Shown: piece after piece, positions 54,659-64,000 of the stretch | Layout of the letters: each line of letters opens with the position of its first letter | Numbering within the stretch: position 1 is the stretch's first letter | Assembly (NCBI GenBank): GCA_963817715.1 | Contig: CAWFPG010000004.1 | Span: forward strand, 327,673-391,672 | DNA: 64,000 nt | Direction of reading: 5' to 3' | Source of the DNA: an uncultured Gemmatimonadales bacterium | GTDB taxonomy: Bacteria; Gemmatimonadota; Gemmatimonadetes; Gemmatimonadales; GWC2-71-9 | Position numbers and translations under genes: made by a program | Notes under the pieces: generated by a model | Databases searched by the model: none | What the model was told of the DNA's origin: nothing | Seen by the model: the letters and a program-made list of their open reading frames with translations, nothing else

Positions 54659-55675
54659 ATGCTCCGTTCACGCCCTCACCTCTTCGGTCTTCTCGGTGTC
54701 CTTGCCGTGGCGATGCCCATCGCCGCCCAGCAGGTACCCGTGGTGCGGCCGATCTCGGCGGGGAAGACGGCGATGTCGCTGGCCGAGGCGCTGCTCCGCG
54801 ACGGTCGTCGCAAGGACGCGGCCGATGTACTTGGCCGCTGGCTCTCGGAGCACCCCACCGACGGACGGGCCTGGCACTACCTCGGCCGGATCCACCTGGC
54901 CGACGCCCAGCGCTGGCACCGCGCCGGCCATGAGGGCGATCCCGACGGTGGCATGCTGCTCGAGTTCGCCGGCGCGGCGTTCGAGCAGGCGCAGCACCTG
55001 CTGGCCGACAGCGGCACCGTCTATCGGGTCCTTGTCGGTGCCGAACGGGCGACGATCAGGGTCGAGACCGACGGCTGGGACGCCCTCCAGACGATGAACT
55101 TCACCCCCGAGGAACTGCCACTTCCGCCGGTCCTCGCCGAACTCGGCGACAACCTGCTGGAGAGTTGCCCCTCGAACGGTGTGCTGGTCACCGGGTCGAT
55201 GGTCGAGCTGGCTGCGGTGTGGGGGGCCTGGCTTCTGGACCGGGTCCACCATGCCGACCAGATCCTCCTCCGGCCCGACATGTACGCCTGGGATGCGCGC
55301 TATCGAGTCCGGATGGCGGCCGCGATGGGTGTCCCGATCGACCTGCCACTCCCCGAGGCGCTGATCGAGGTCTCCAACCACCGGCCGCTCTGCCTGACAC
55401 CGGCGGTCGATTCGGTCACCGCCCCGGCACTCGCGTGGCGCCCGGTCCGGCTGGTGCTCGCTGTCGGTGTCGATCATGCCCCACCGGCCGACAGTGGGGT
55501 ATTGAGCGTGCATCAGCTGGCGATCACCGGCCTGGCGGGTTCGGTCTGGAGCGAGGCGGCTCGCGACGTCTACGACCTCGCCGCGAGGCGCAACCGCGAA
55601 CTCTGCCACACCCTCCTCGCCGGTGGCGACCTGACGCCCAACCTCCCCGCGATCGCCTCCTGCCCGAAAGAGTGA
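54659..55675 (+). CDS. hypothetical secreted protein
   Basis: Signal peptide MLRSRPHLFGLLGVLAVAMPIAAQQ and one TPR-like stretch. No family recognised. The alternative start is the GTG at 54578. Confidence 0.5.
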   Translation: MLRSRPHLFGLLGVLAVAMPIAAQQVPVVRPISAGKTAMSLAEALLRDGRRKDAADVLGRWLSEHPTDGRAWHYLGRIHLADAQRWHRAGHEGDPDGGMLLEFAGAAFEQAQHLLADSGTVYRVLVGAERATIRVETDGWDALQTMNFTPEELPLPPVLAELGDNLLESCPSNGVLVTGSMVELAAVWGAWLLDRVHHADQILLRPDMYAWDARYRVRMAAAMGVPIDLPLPEALIEVSNHRPLCLTPAVDSVTAPALAWRPVRLVLAVGVDHAPPADSGVLSVHQLAITGLAGSVWSEAARDVYDLAARRNRELCHTLLAGGDLTPNLPAIASCPKE

Positions 55676-57171
55676 TCCGCCGGGTCCTGGTAGCCAATCG
55701 GGGCGAGATCGCCCTGCGCATCATTCGCGCCTGTCACGATGAGGGACTCGACGCGGTGGCCGTCTACAGCGATGCCGACCGCGATGCGCCCTTCGTGCGC
55801 CAGGCCGACTTCGCGGTGCGGCTGGGGCCGCCCACCCCCGCCGAGAGTTACCTTCGCATCGACGCGCTGCTCGAGGCGGCAGGGCGACATGGCGCCGATG
55901 CGGTGCATCCCGGCTACGGTTTCCTCGCCGAGCGGGCGGCCTTCGCCCGAGCGGTGGAGGAGGCCGGCCTCGCCTGGATCGGCCCTCCCTCCTCGGCGAT
56001 CGACGCCATGGGTGACAAGACCTCCGCCCGTCGGCTGATGGCCGAAGCGGGGGTGCCGATCGTGCCGGGTGGGGTCGCCCCGCTCACCGAACCGGCTGAA
56101 GCCGCCACCCTCGCCGATTCGATCGGCTACCCGGTGCTGGTCAAGGCGGCCGCCGGTGGTGGGGGGAAGGGGATGCGCGTGGTGCACGAACCGGGCGACC
56201 TCACCGCCGCGCTCGAGTCGGCCACCCGCGAGGCGGAGAAGGCGTTCGGCGACGGCAGCGTCTACCTCGAGAAGTTCATCGAACAGCCCCGCCACGTGGA
56301 GATCCAGGTCCTCGCCGATGCCGAGCGCACCATCCACCTCGGCGAGCGCGAATGCTCGATCCAGCGACGTCACCAGAAGCTGCTCGAGGAGGCGCCGTCG
56401 GTGGCGGTCGATGCTGCCCTCCGCGCCCGGATGGGTGAGGCGGCGGTCGCCGCGGCCCGGGCGGTCGACTACCGTGGTGCCGGCACCTGTGAGTTCCTGC
56501 TCGCGGCCGACGGCAGCTTCTTCTTCCTCGAGATGAACACCCGCATCCAGGTCGAGCACCCGGTGACCGAACTGGTCTACGGCGTCGATCTGGTGCGCGA
56601 GCAACTGCGGATTGCGGCCGGCAAGTCGATGACGGTTCCCGACCACCCACTCGAGCCGCGCGGCTGGGCAATCGAGTGCCGGATCACCAGCGAGGATCCC
56701 GCCAACGGCCTGCTGCCCAGTGCCGGTCGGATTCGCTGGCTGCGCGCCCCATCGGGTCCCGGCGTGCGCTGGGATGCCGGGATCGAGACCGGCAGCGAGG
56801 TGACACTGTACTACGACTCGATGCTGGCCAAGCTGATCGCCAGCGGGGCCACGCGGCAGGCGGCGATCGAGGCGATGGAGCGCGCCCTGGAGGAACTCAC
56901 CATCGTCGGCGTCGCGACCAACATCGCGTTCCACCGTGCCTTGCTGGCCGATGCCGACTTCCGTCGCGGTGCGATCGACATCCAGTTCCTCGAGCGTCGC
57001 CCCGACCTGCTCGCGCCGGCCGACGACGAGGCCACAGTGCGGCGGTTGGCGATCACCGCCGCCCTCCTCGAGGATGAGCGTCGCCAGAGCCGCCGGATCC
57101 GGATGGCGCCGACCGATGGTGAGGCCACCACGCGCTGGCGCGACGCGGCCCGGCACGACACCCGGCGGTGA
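55672..57171 (+). CDS. accC: biotin carboxylase subunit of acetyl/propionyl-CoA carboxylase
   Basis: The GTG at 55672 overlaps the upstream stop. RVLVANRGEIALRIIRAC, HPGYGFLAE, MGDK, KAAAGGGGKGMR and EMNTRIQVEHPVTE motifs. Confidence 0.92.
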   Translation: MIRRVLVANRGEIALRIIRACHDEGLDAVAVYSDADRDAPFVRQADFAVRLGPPTPAESYLRIDALLEAAGRHGADAVHPGYGFLAERAAFARAVEEAGLAWIGPPSSAIDAMGDKTSARRLMAEAGVPIVPGGVAPLTEPAEAATLADSIGYPVLVKAAAGGGGKGMRVVHEPGDLTAALESATREAEKAFGDGSVYLEKFIEQPRHVEIQVLADAERTIHLGERECSIQRRHQKLLEEAPSVAVDAALRARMGEAAVAAARAVDYRGAGTCEFLLAADGSFFFLEMNTRIQVEHPVTELVYGVDLVREQLRIAAGKSMTVPDHPLEPRGWAIECRITSEDPANGLLPSAGRIRWLRAPSGPGVRWDAGIETGSEVTLYYDSMLAKLIASGATRQAAIEAMERALEELTIVGVATNIAFHRALLADADFRRGAIDIQFLERRPDLLAPADDEATVRRLAITAALLEDERRQSRRIRMAPTDGEATTRWRDAARHDTRR

Positions 57172-58409
57172 GCGACGCGGCAACCGTAGCGATCCGGGGA
57201 ATCGCCGCCGGTGGAGACGGGGTGGGCTCCCTGGACGACGGCCGTACCGTGTTCGTGCCGCGCACCGCCCCGGGCGACCGGGTCACCGTTCAGAACATCC
57301 GCCTCCACGCCCGTTTCGCCCGCGCCGATCTCGCCGACATCGTCGAACCCGGCCCCGGACGGGTCGAACCGCCATGCCCCCACTATCTCGCCGACCGCTG
57401 CGGCGGCTGCCAACTGATGCATCTCGCGCTGCCGGCGCAGCATGCAGCCAAGCGGCGGATCGTCGGCGACGCCCTGCGGCGGATCGGCAAGCTGACCGTC
57501 GACGATCCCGATATCGTCGCCGCGCCGGAGCCGCTGGGCTATCGTGGCAAGGTCACCCTTGCGGTCCGGGGATCCGCGATCGGCTTCCACCGGCTCGGCG
57601 AGGCCGGGCGGGTGTTCGAGGTGACGCGCTGCCTGCTGCTGGAGTCCGGGCTCGACGCGTTGCATCAGGGCGTGCGCGCCGCGCGCCGACTCCTGCCGCC
57701 CGAGACCGAGCAGCTGGTGCTGCGTCGCGATGCCGAGGGCGGACGGCACGTCATCGTCCGCGGTGGGACCCAGGCCTGGGAGGGTGGCCGTGAGCTGCAC
57801 GCGCAGCTCGGCGAGGGGGTGGTGGTCTGGTGGCAGCCGACCGATGGAGCCGCCCGGGTGGTGGCAGGGAGCGACGAGCCCTGGCCAGCAACGGTCTTCG
57901 AGCAGGTCAACCCGGCGGTGGGCCGCCTGGTGCGACGACGGGCCGTCGATGCGCTGGTGGCCGGGGGTGAAGTTTCCGACCGTGGCGAGACAGCCGTGGT
58001 GGCGTGGGACCTCTACGCAGGGATCGGCGAGGCCACCACGATGCTGGCGGCACATGGCCTGGCGGTCACCAGTGTCGAGCGCGATCCGCGTGCCGTCGAG
58101 CTGGCGCTCCGCCGCGGTCCCCCGGGGCCGACCCGACTGGCCGGCGACGTGGCCGATCGGCTCGGTCGGCTCCCCCGCCCGGCGCTGGTGCTCACCAATC
58201 CGCCTCGCAGCGGCATGGCAGCCTCGGTCACGGCAGCCCTTGCGCGGAGCGGGGCCGTTCGCCTTGTGTACGTGTCTTGTGATCCCGGTACGCTGGCTCG
58301 CGACCTCCGCCGGCTCGGCGATCGTTTCCGCCTGCTCCATCTCAGCGCGTTCGACCAGTTCCCCCAGACGGCGCACCTCGAGTGTGTCGCCACCCTGGAG
58401 CCGTCATGA
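57168..58409 (+). CDS. RumA/RlmD-family 23S rRNA (uracil-5)-methyltransferase
   Basis: TRAM-like N-terminus, Fe-S Cys motif (CPHYLADRCGGCQLMH), SAM-binding fold (DLYAGIGE), NPPRSG and VYVSCDPGTLARD. Confidence 0.8.
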   Translation: MSDAATVAIRGIAAGGDGVGSLDDGRTVFVPRTAPGDRVTVQNIRLHARFARADLADIVEPGPGRVEPPCPHYLADRCGGCQLMHLALPAQHAAKRRIVGDALRRIGKLTVDDPDIVAAPEPLGYRGKVTLAVRGSAIGFHRLGEAGRVFEVTRCLLLESGLDALHQGVRAARRLLPPETEQLVLRRDAEGGRHVIVRGGTQAWEGGRELHAQLGEGVVVWWQPTDGAARVVAGSDEPWPATVFEQVNPAVGRLVRRRAVDALVAGGEVSDRGETAVVAWDLYAGIGEATTMLAAHGLAVTSVERDPRAVELALRRGPPGPTRLAGDVADRLGRLPRPALVLTNPPRSGMAASVTAALARSGAVRLVYVSCDPGTLARDLRRLGDRFRLLHLSAFDQFPQTAHLECVATLEPS

Positions 58410-58918
58410 AGTACTTCGTCACCGTGGGTGAGCGTGAGCTCGAGGTGACGGTCGATGGTGATCACGTCGCGCTCGATGGCGAGGTCGTCGCCGCGCGACT
58501 CGAAGCCGTCGACGGCACCCCGCAGGTGGTGCTGCACCTCGATGGTCGGCGTCACGTGATCGCGGTGGCTGGCCGCGACGCCGAAGGTTGGACCCTCGTC
58601 GAGCGGGGCGCTGTCAGCACCGTCGCCGCGATCGACGAGCGTACCCGGCATATCCGGTCGCTGGCCGGCAGCGACCGGGCCGGTGCCAGCGGTGGCGTGG
58701 TCAAGGCGCCGATGCCGGGGCTCGTGGTGCGGTTGCTGGTGGAGCAGGGCGATCTGGTGCGGGCCGGGCAGGGGCTGGTGGTTCTCGAGGCGATGAAGAT
58801 GGAGAACGAGCTCAAGGCTCCGGCCGACGGCGTGGTGACGGCGATCAGTGCCACCGTGGGAGCGGCGGTCGACAAGGGCGCGGTCCTGGTGGAGCTTGGC
58901 CCGAGGGAGGCGGCGTGA
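58406..58918 (+). CDS. biotin carboxyl carrier (biotin/lipoyl attachment) protein
   Basis: The ATG at 58406 overlaps the upstream stop. It has the C-terminal biotinylation motif LEAMKMENEL. Confidence 0.85.
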   Translation: MKYFVTVGERELEVTVDGDHVALDGEVVAARLEAVDGTPQVVLHLDGRRHVIAVAGRDAEGWTLVERGAVSTVAAIDERTRHIRSLAGSDRAGASGGVVKAPMPGLVVRLLVEQGDLVRAGQGLVVLEAMKMENELKAPADGVVTAISATVGAAVDKGAVLVELGPREAA

Positions 58919-59364
58919 GCATTCCCCCGGCCATCGGCTGGCGAACCGTGCCATGCGGTGTGGCGCTGCTGGCTCTGGTCCTGCTCACGGCACCGGCGTC
59001 GCTGGGCGCCCAGATGGCGGCCCAGGGCGCCGATCGGCTGGCGAGCTTCTCGGTCCCCGCCGCCTGTACCGACTCGACGCCGCTGCCACCCAACATCGAA
59101 CTCGATCGCGAATTCCGCTCCGCCACCCCGCGGGCCATCGTGGTGCCACCGCTCGATCCGGCCCCGCCGCCCCGTGGCTCGCTGGCCGTGCATTTCTTCG
59201 TCTCGGCGCGTGGCGCCGTCGATTCAGTGCGGATCGTCGGCAGCGCCGCCGAGGCGTACCGCCAGGCGCTGCGCGACCGGATGCTGGCGCACACCTTCTG
59301 GCCGGCGGTCTATCGCGATTGTGCCGTGCCATCCCGCGTTGCCATCGAATTCTTCTTTCCGTGA
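58915..59364 (+). CDS. hypothetical secreted protein with a TonB-C-like C-terminus
   Basis: The GTG at 58915 overlaps the upstream stop. It has a signal-like helix, and the C-terminus (LAVHFFVSARGAVDSVRIV...AVPSRVAIEFFF) resembles the TonB_C fold pattern. Weak call. Confidence 0.4.
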   Translation: MSIPPAIGWRTVPCGVALLALVLLTAPASLGAQMAAQGADRLASFSVPAACTDSTPLPPNIELDREFRSATPRAIVVPPLDPAPPPRGSLAVHFFVSARGAVDSVRIVGSAAEAYRQALRDRMLAHTFWPAVYRDCAVPSRVAIEFFFP

Positions 59365-59369
59365 GCCCC

Positions 59370-61044
59370 ATGCATCCCCGACATCTCTTCGTCACCGTCC
59401 TGCTGCTCGCCGCGTGCGCGGCACCTCATCACGATGTCCTGATTCGCGGCGGCACCGTCTACGACGGTACCGGAGCGCCGGGTCGGCTCGCCGACGTGGC
59501 GATCGACGGTGACAGCATCGTGGCGGTCGGCGATCTCGGCCGGGCCACCGCCGATCAGGAGGTCGATGCCACCGGCCTGATCGTGGCACCGGGATTCATC
59601 AACACGCTGAGTCATTCCGAGGTCTCCCTGCTGATCGACCCGGCATCGCAGAGCGACCTCCGGCAGGGGGTCACCCTCGAACTGCTGGGCGAAAGTTCGA
59701 TGGGTCCGCTCAACGAGCGGATGCGGCAGTCGATGCGCGCCCAGCAGGGCGACCTCCGCTACGACGTGACGTGGGCGACGCTGGGTGGATACCTCGACAC
59801 GCTCGCCAGTCGGGGGATCGCCACCAACGTCGCCTCGTTCGTCGGCGAGGGGACCATTCGCGACTACGTGATGGGCCTGGTTGCCCGGTCGCCGACCGCC
59901 GACGAACTCGCGGCGATGGAGCAGCAGGTCGATCTCGCGATGCGCGAGGGGGCGCTGGGACTCACCACGGCACTCATCTACGCGCCCGAGACCTTCGCCT
60001 CGACCGGCGAGCTGATCGCGCTCTCGAAGGTCGCGGCTCGGTACGGTGGGGTGTACGCCGCCCACATCCGCAGCGAGGGGGCCCGGCTCCTCCCGGCGAT
60101 CGACGAGACGATCACCATTGGCGACTCGGCCGGGTTGCCGGTGCACATCTATCACCTGAAGTCGGCCGGCGCGGCCAACTGGCCGATGCTCGACACGGCG
60201 ATCGCCACGGTCGACTCGGCTCGCGCCGCGGGCGACGCGATCACCGCCGACATGTACACCTACACGGCCGGCGCCACCGGCTTCGATGCCGCGATGCCGC
60301 CATGGGTGCAGGAGGGCGGCATCGACGAGTGGGTGCGGCGACTGCGCGACCCCGCGATCCGTCGCCGGGTCATCGCGGAGATGAAGCAACCCTCCGAGGA
60401 GTGGGAGTCGCTCTACCTGGCGGCGGGTTCACCGAAGCTGGTGCTGCTGCTTTCGTTCCGGACCGACTCGCTCAAGCCGTTGATCGGCCGCACGTTGGCC
60501 TCGGTGGCGGCGGAGCGGCATCAGTCGCCCGAGGAGACGATCATCGACCTGGTGATCCACGATCACTCGCGCGTCGGTGTCGCCTATCAGCTGATGTCGG
60601 AGGACAACGTCCGCAAGCAGATCGCCCTGCCCTGGGTGATGTTCGGGTCCGATGCGGCATCGATGGCACCCGAGGGGCCGTTCCTCAAGTCGCATCCCGC
60701 ATCCGCGCGCCTACGGCAACGTGGCGCGGTTGCTGGGTCGCTACGTGGAGGGCGAGAAGCTGATCCCGCTCGAGGAGGCGATCCGTCGCCTCACCACTCT
60801 CCCGGCGACCACCTTCCACCTGGCGCGGCGTGGGACGTTGGCGCCTGGGTACCTCGCCGACGTGGTGGTTCTCGACCCGAAGTCGATCGTCGACCACGCC
60901 ACCTTCGAGGATCCCCACCAGTTCGCGACCGGGGTGACCGAGGTCTTCGTCAACGGGGTGGAGGTGCTTCGCGGCGGCGAGCCGACCGGGGCCACGCCGG
61001 GCCGCATCGTGCGCGGCCCGGGATGGCAGCCGGGCAGCGACTAG
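59370..61044 (+). pseudogene. N-acyl-D-amino-acid deacylase (D-aminoacylase family amidohydrolase), frameshifted by a 7-bp tandem duplication
   Basis: MHPRHLF... signal, DVLIRGGTVYDGTG and GFINTLSHS continue to ...FLKSHP in the frame of ORF 58848. HPRAYGNVARLLGRYV...VFVNGV continues in the frame of ORF 60652..61044. Confidence 0.8.
60691..60704 (+). repeat. perfect 7-bp tandem duplication CGCATCC-CGCATCC
   Basis: Read directly at aagt-cgcatcc-cgcatcc-gcgcgcc. Deleting one unit restores ...KSHPRAYGN... in a single frame. Confidence 0.9.
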
Positions 61045-61841
61045 CCGAGCACCGCGACGACGTACGATCCGACCACCAGCAACCAGATCGCCACGTACAC
61101 CGGCACGAACCGCTGCCGCCACGAGAGGATCTCGGGGTGGGTGATCGGCTTGCCCTGGAACTTGCCGCGCGGCACGTGGAGCCGGAAGAAGGTCTTGTAG
61201 CTCTCGGTGGTGGCGATGGTGAAGCCGATGGCGCAGAGCGTCACCAGCAACAGCCGGTCGGTGAGCACCGTCATCGCCGCCGCGAATGCCGCCGCCATCG
61301 CCGGGCTCCGGAAGAACTTGAGCGTCTCGAATCCCTCCAGCGGGGCGTCCTTCCAGGCGCCGCCGAAGGCGCTGATCCAGCCGAACGCGCTGGCGATGAG
61401 CACCGTCGCGACCCATGGCAGCGCGATGTCGCTCGCATCGACGCGGCTCACGCCGTACACCACGGCGATCAGGATCGTCACGTAGCAGGCGCCGACCAGC
61501 AGGCGGGCACCGTAGCTCCGCACCGGCTTGCCGAAGACCGAGAGTTGCATCGGGATGAAGTACTTCGACTGGTCCTCGATCCGGATGAAGGTCTTGTAGA
61601 CCTCGGCCAGTGCTCGCTCGATCGCATACGTGGTGCCGAAGAGCACCACCCAGTCGCCCGGTCCGGCAAGCGGCAGGCTCAGCCAGCGCACCGCCAGCGG
61701 CGCGGCCACCGTGGCGACCAGCATGCTGCGCACGAAGGTGGCCCAGGTGAATCCCTCGTGCGGGGCGTCCTTGTACATCCCCCAGATCGAGGCGTGAGTG
61801 CCCGCCAGCAGTCCGATCACGATCGCCATCGCCAACGTCAT
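61041..61841 (-). CDS. polytopic membrane protein of unknown family with an internal duplication
   Basis: 266 aa with two repeats, each carrying (Y/W)KDAP(H/L)EGF (WGMYKDAPHEGFTWATFVRS and GGAWKDAPLEGFETLKFFRS). Its ATG overlaps the upstream stop (ATGA). Confidence 0.55.
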   Translation of the reverse strand: MTLAMAIVIGLLAGTHASIWGMYKDAPHEGFTWATFVRSMLVATVAAPLAVRWLSLPLAGPGDWVVLFGTTYAIERALAEVYKTFIRIEDQSKYFIPMQLSVFGKPVRSYGARLLVGACYVTILIAVVYGVSRVDASDIALPWVATVLIASAFGWISAFGGAWKDAPLEGFETLKFFRSPAMAAAFAAAMTVLTDRLLLVTLCAIGFTIATTESYKTFFRLHVPRGKFQGKPITHPEILSWRQRFVPVYVAIWLLVVGSYVVAVLG

Positions 61842-62809
61842 GATTCCTCCGAAGCGGCCGGCGGATCCGCCGGCCGGTGACAGGCCTCGACCAGCGCCAG
61901 GTCCCGACGCGCCAGCGCCAGGGTCATCGACGGCTCGCGTCCCTGCCGCAAGGCCGCCACGAAATCGGTGAACATCGCCCGGAAACCGCTGATGTCGCGG
62001 AAGCCCGGGAAGTGCAGTCGCGCGCGCCGTCCGGATACCCGCACGAAGAGGCCGTTCGACTCGAACGCGATCACCCCCTCGGTGCCGTAGAGGTGCGACA
62101 TCCGGAGCCCCTTGAGCGGCGTCGGTACCTCCCACGAGTGCGCCAATGAGCCGACCGCCCCACCCTCGAACTCGGCGGTGAGCAGCGTGGTCCGCTCCGG
62201 GGTGCCGGGGTCGCCGGCCACCAGTCCGCGGACGCCGGTGATCGCCGGGCCGAGTGAGGCGAAGAAGTGGACCCAGTGGATGCCGCCTTCCCAGAGCGCG
62301 CCGTGCATCCCGGGACGGTCGAGCCATGGCGGTGCCGCCTGATGCTTGACGGCATCGATTTGCACCAAGCGAAGATCGCCGATTACCTGCTCGGCGAGCA
62401 GACGCTGCAGGGTGCGGAGCAGCGGGCGGTAGTGGTAGTTCTCCGCGACCAGCACCCGGCGTCCCGCCGAGGCGGCCGCCGCTGCCACCTCATCGGCCTC
62501 GGCCACGGTCAGGAAGGCGGGCTTCTCCACGATCACGTCCTTGCCCGCAGCCAGTGCCGCCAGGGTGAGTCGGTGGTGCGAATCGGGCGGTGTCACGACC
62601 ACGACCGTCGTCACGCCCGGATCGGCGATCGCCGCCTGGTAGCTGTCGAATGTCCCGGCGCCGCCGAGGCGACGGTTGAAATCGGCGGCGCGGGCCGGGT
62701 CGCGGCTGGCATACATCCGGCGCACGTCCGGCATGCCGCGGAGGGTGCGGGAGTGCCGTTCGGCGATCCGGCCGCAGCCGAGGAAGGCGAAGGTGAGCGT
62801 GTCCGGCAT
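61838..62809 (-). CDS. Gfo/Idh/MocA-family oxidoreductase
   Basis: 323 aa with an N-terminal Rossmann fold (FAFLGCGRIAERH) and EKP (VIVEKPAF), typical of the family. Confidence 0.8.
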   Translation of the reverse strand: MPDTLTFAFLGCGRIAERHSRTLRGMPDVRRMYASRDPARAADFNRRLGGAGTFDSYQAAIADPGVTTVVVVTPPDSHHRLTLAALAAGKDVIVEKPAFLTVAEADEVAAAAASAGRRVLVAENYHYRPLLRTLQRLLAEQVIGDLRLVQIDAVKHQAAPPWLDRPGMHGALWEGGIHWVHFFASLGPAITGVRGLVAGDPGTPERTTLLTAEFEGGAVGSLAHSWEVPTPLKGLRMSHLYGTEGVIAFESNGLFVRVSGRRARLHFPGFRDISGFRAMFTDFVAALRQGREPSMTLALARRDLALVEACHRPADPPAASEES

Positions 62810-62816
62810 CAGCGCC

Positions 62817-64000
62817 TCAGGAATTGCCGCTCGCCACGCGCTGGGCGAGCCGATCGGCGGCGCGCAGCGCGTTGGCGGCGATGGTCAGGCTGGGGTTCAC
62901 GCCGGCGGAGCGGGGCAGGGCGCTGCCGTCGACCACCAGCAGGTTGTCGATGCCGCGGAAGCGGCTGTCGCCGTCGAGTGGTGCGGTGGTGGGATCGGGC
63001 CCCATCCGTACGGTGCCGAGCGCGTGCGACCAGGTGTCGATCACGTGGCGATAGACGAACCAGGCCCCCGCCCGACGGAGCACGCGGCGGGCGGTCCCGC
63101 GCAGCACGGCCGTGGCGTCGAGGTCGCGCTGGCTGTAGCGGTGCTCGATCACCAGCCGCGGCATGCCGTCGCGGTCGTGCCCGCCGTCGAGGCGCACCCG
63201 GTTGGTGGCCTGGGGCTGGTCCTCGGCGATCACCAGCAGTCCCGTCAGGTGGCTCACCAGTCCGGCCAGCGGCTTGAGTGGTCCCGGCAATCCGTCGCGC
63301 GCGAGCGAGACCGGCGGGGTGGGGAGCTGCTGCAACGCGCCGAGCGGTCCGCTCGGCCCCCCGCCGGCCGGGTCGCCGAGGTAGAGATCGTGAATCCCGA
63401 GCTGTTTGTGGAAGCGCTGCTCTGGATCGGGCCGGCGCCGGAAGAAGCCCAGCAGGATCTCGTTCTTGTGTCGCATCAGGTAGCGACCCACATGGTCACC
63501 GGCCGGATTGTGCTCGGCGAGTCCCGAGGCGAGCAGCAGGTGCGGCGTGGCGAGTGCCCCGGCAGCGAGGACAACCCACGGCGTCTCGAACCGGACTGGA
63601 GTGCCATGTCGTCGGTCGGTGCCCACGGCCACCACGACCCGACCGTCGGTCACCTCGAGACCGGTGATCACCGTCTCCGGGCGCAGATCGAGCCCGCGCG
63701 CCAGGAGCGGGCGGATCACCGTGGTGGCGAGGTCGTTCTTGGCCTCGATGGCACAGGCGAAACCATCGCAGGTCGGGCACGCGATGCAGGTGGTCCGGCC
63801 CGGGCGCTCGCCGGTGTTGATGGCCAGCGGCAGCGGGAAGGGGGTGAGGCCCTCGGCCCGGGCGGCCGCCGCGATTCGCTCCGAGACCGGGGCCAGCGGC
63901 AACGGGTCGGCCGGGAACGGCCCGCTGCGCGGCGGCTCGGTCGGGTCGATGCCGGCCTGGCCGGCCACCCCGATCAGCGTCTCGGCCTTGGCGTAGTAGG
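62817..64000 (-). CDS. GMC-family flavoprotein oxidoreductase, with its N-terminal part beyond the window edge
   Basis: C-terminal GMC features (CIACPTCDGFACAIEAKND, HALGTVRMG, VVDGSALPRSAGVNP). The reading frame remains open to nt 64000. Confidence 0.8.
   Translation of the reverse strand, partial: YYAKAETLIGVAGQAGIDPTEPPRSGPFPADPLPLAPVSERIAAAARAEGLTPFPLPLAINTGERPGRTTCIACPTCDGFACAIEAKNDLATTVIRPLLARGLDLRPETVITGLEVTDGRVVVAVGTDRRHGTPVRFETPWVVLAAGALATPHLLLASGLAEHNPAGDHVGRYLMRHKNEILLGFFRRRPDPEQRFHKQLGIHDLYLGDPAGGGPSGPLGALQQLPTPPVSLARDGLPGPLKPLAGLVSHLTGLLVIAEDQPQATNRVRLDGGHDRDGMPRLVIEHRYSQRDLDATAVLRGTARRVLRRAGAWFVYRHVIDTWSHALGTVRMGPDPTTAPLDGDSRFRGIDNLLVVDGSALPRSAGVNPSLTIAANALRAADRLAQRVASGNS

Noticed and set aside
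60705-61880. The tail of the 1010-aa ORF 58848..61880, beyond the D-aminoacylase frameshift.
   Set aside because: This is out-of-frame read-through. It then runs antisense to the minus-strand membrane protein gene and has no coding features.

Overview
This is a high-GC bacterial chromosomal window (roughly 68-70% GC by eye). It holds about 60 protein genes and one tRNA. I found no rRNA, CRISPR array, transposase or integrase. Genes sit in long co-directional operons with many 1-4 nt start/stop overlaps (ATGA, TGATG, GTGA).

Gene blocks, in order:
1. A 5'-truncated PFOR-type oxidoreductase is coupled to rnfC-D-G-E-A, an unlisted 47-aa Cys-rich membrane ORF, and apbE.
2. rpsU, yqeY, mutS2 and dnaG. 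As given, mutS2 has two +1 frameshifts and dnaG has one.
3. A Zn-ribbon protein, recJ, rsmD, coaD and a pta-like gene. These are followed by a STAS / anti-sigma kinase / GAF-PP2C partner-switching trio, rsmA, and rex with a perfect Rex box.
4. An exonuclease and an MBL hydrolase. The last 111 nt of the MBL gene are duplicated 1.2 kb downstream, and the two copies bracket an AbiEii toxin plus a small partner gene.
5. infC-rpmI-rplT-pheST-zapA-rny-folD-xseAB-polyprenyl synthase-dxs-nadK-recN.
6. The most unusual region (42.7-48.7 kb). It has three tandem convergent pairs of a type IV pilin-like gene and a paralogous single-TM gene, with tRNA-Leu(UAA) embedded. It is preceded by a sigma-54-like promoter and followed by a GspE/PilB ATPase fused to a receiver domain plus a stand-alone receiver. 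No platform protein, secretin or prepilin peptidase lies in the window.
7. aroA-cmk-rpsA.
8. Acyl-CoA carboxylase genes interleaved with unrelated genes.
9. A D-aminoacylase broken by a perfect 7-bp tandem duplication.
10. A minus-strand operon of a GMC oxidoreductase, a Gfo/Idh/MocA oxidoreductase and a membrane protein.

Two intergenic 7-bp tandem-repeat arrays are also present.

All functional calls come from recognising motifs and families by eye in the supplied translations. No database search was run. Many long antisense ORFs in the track are high-GC artefacts and are not reported.
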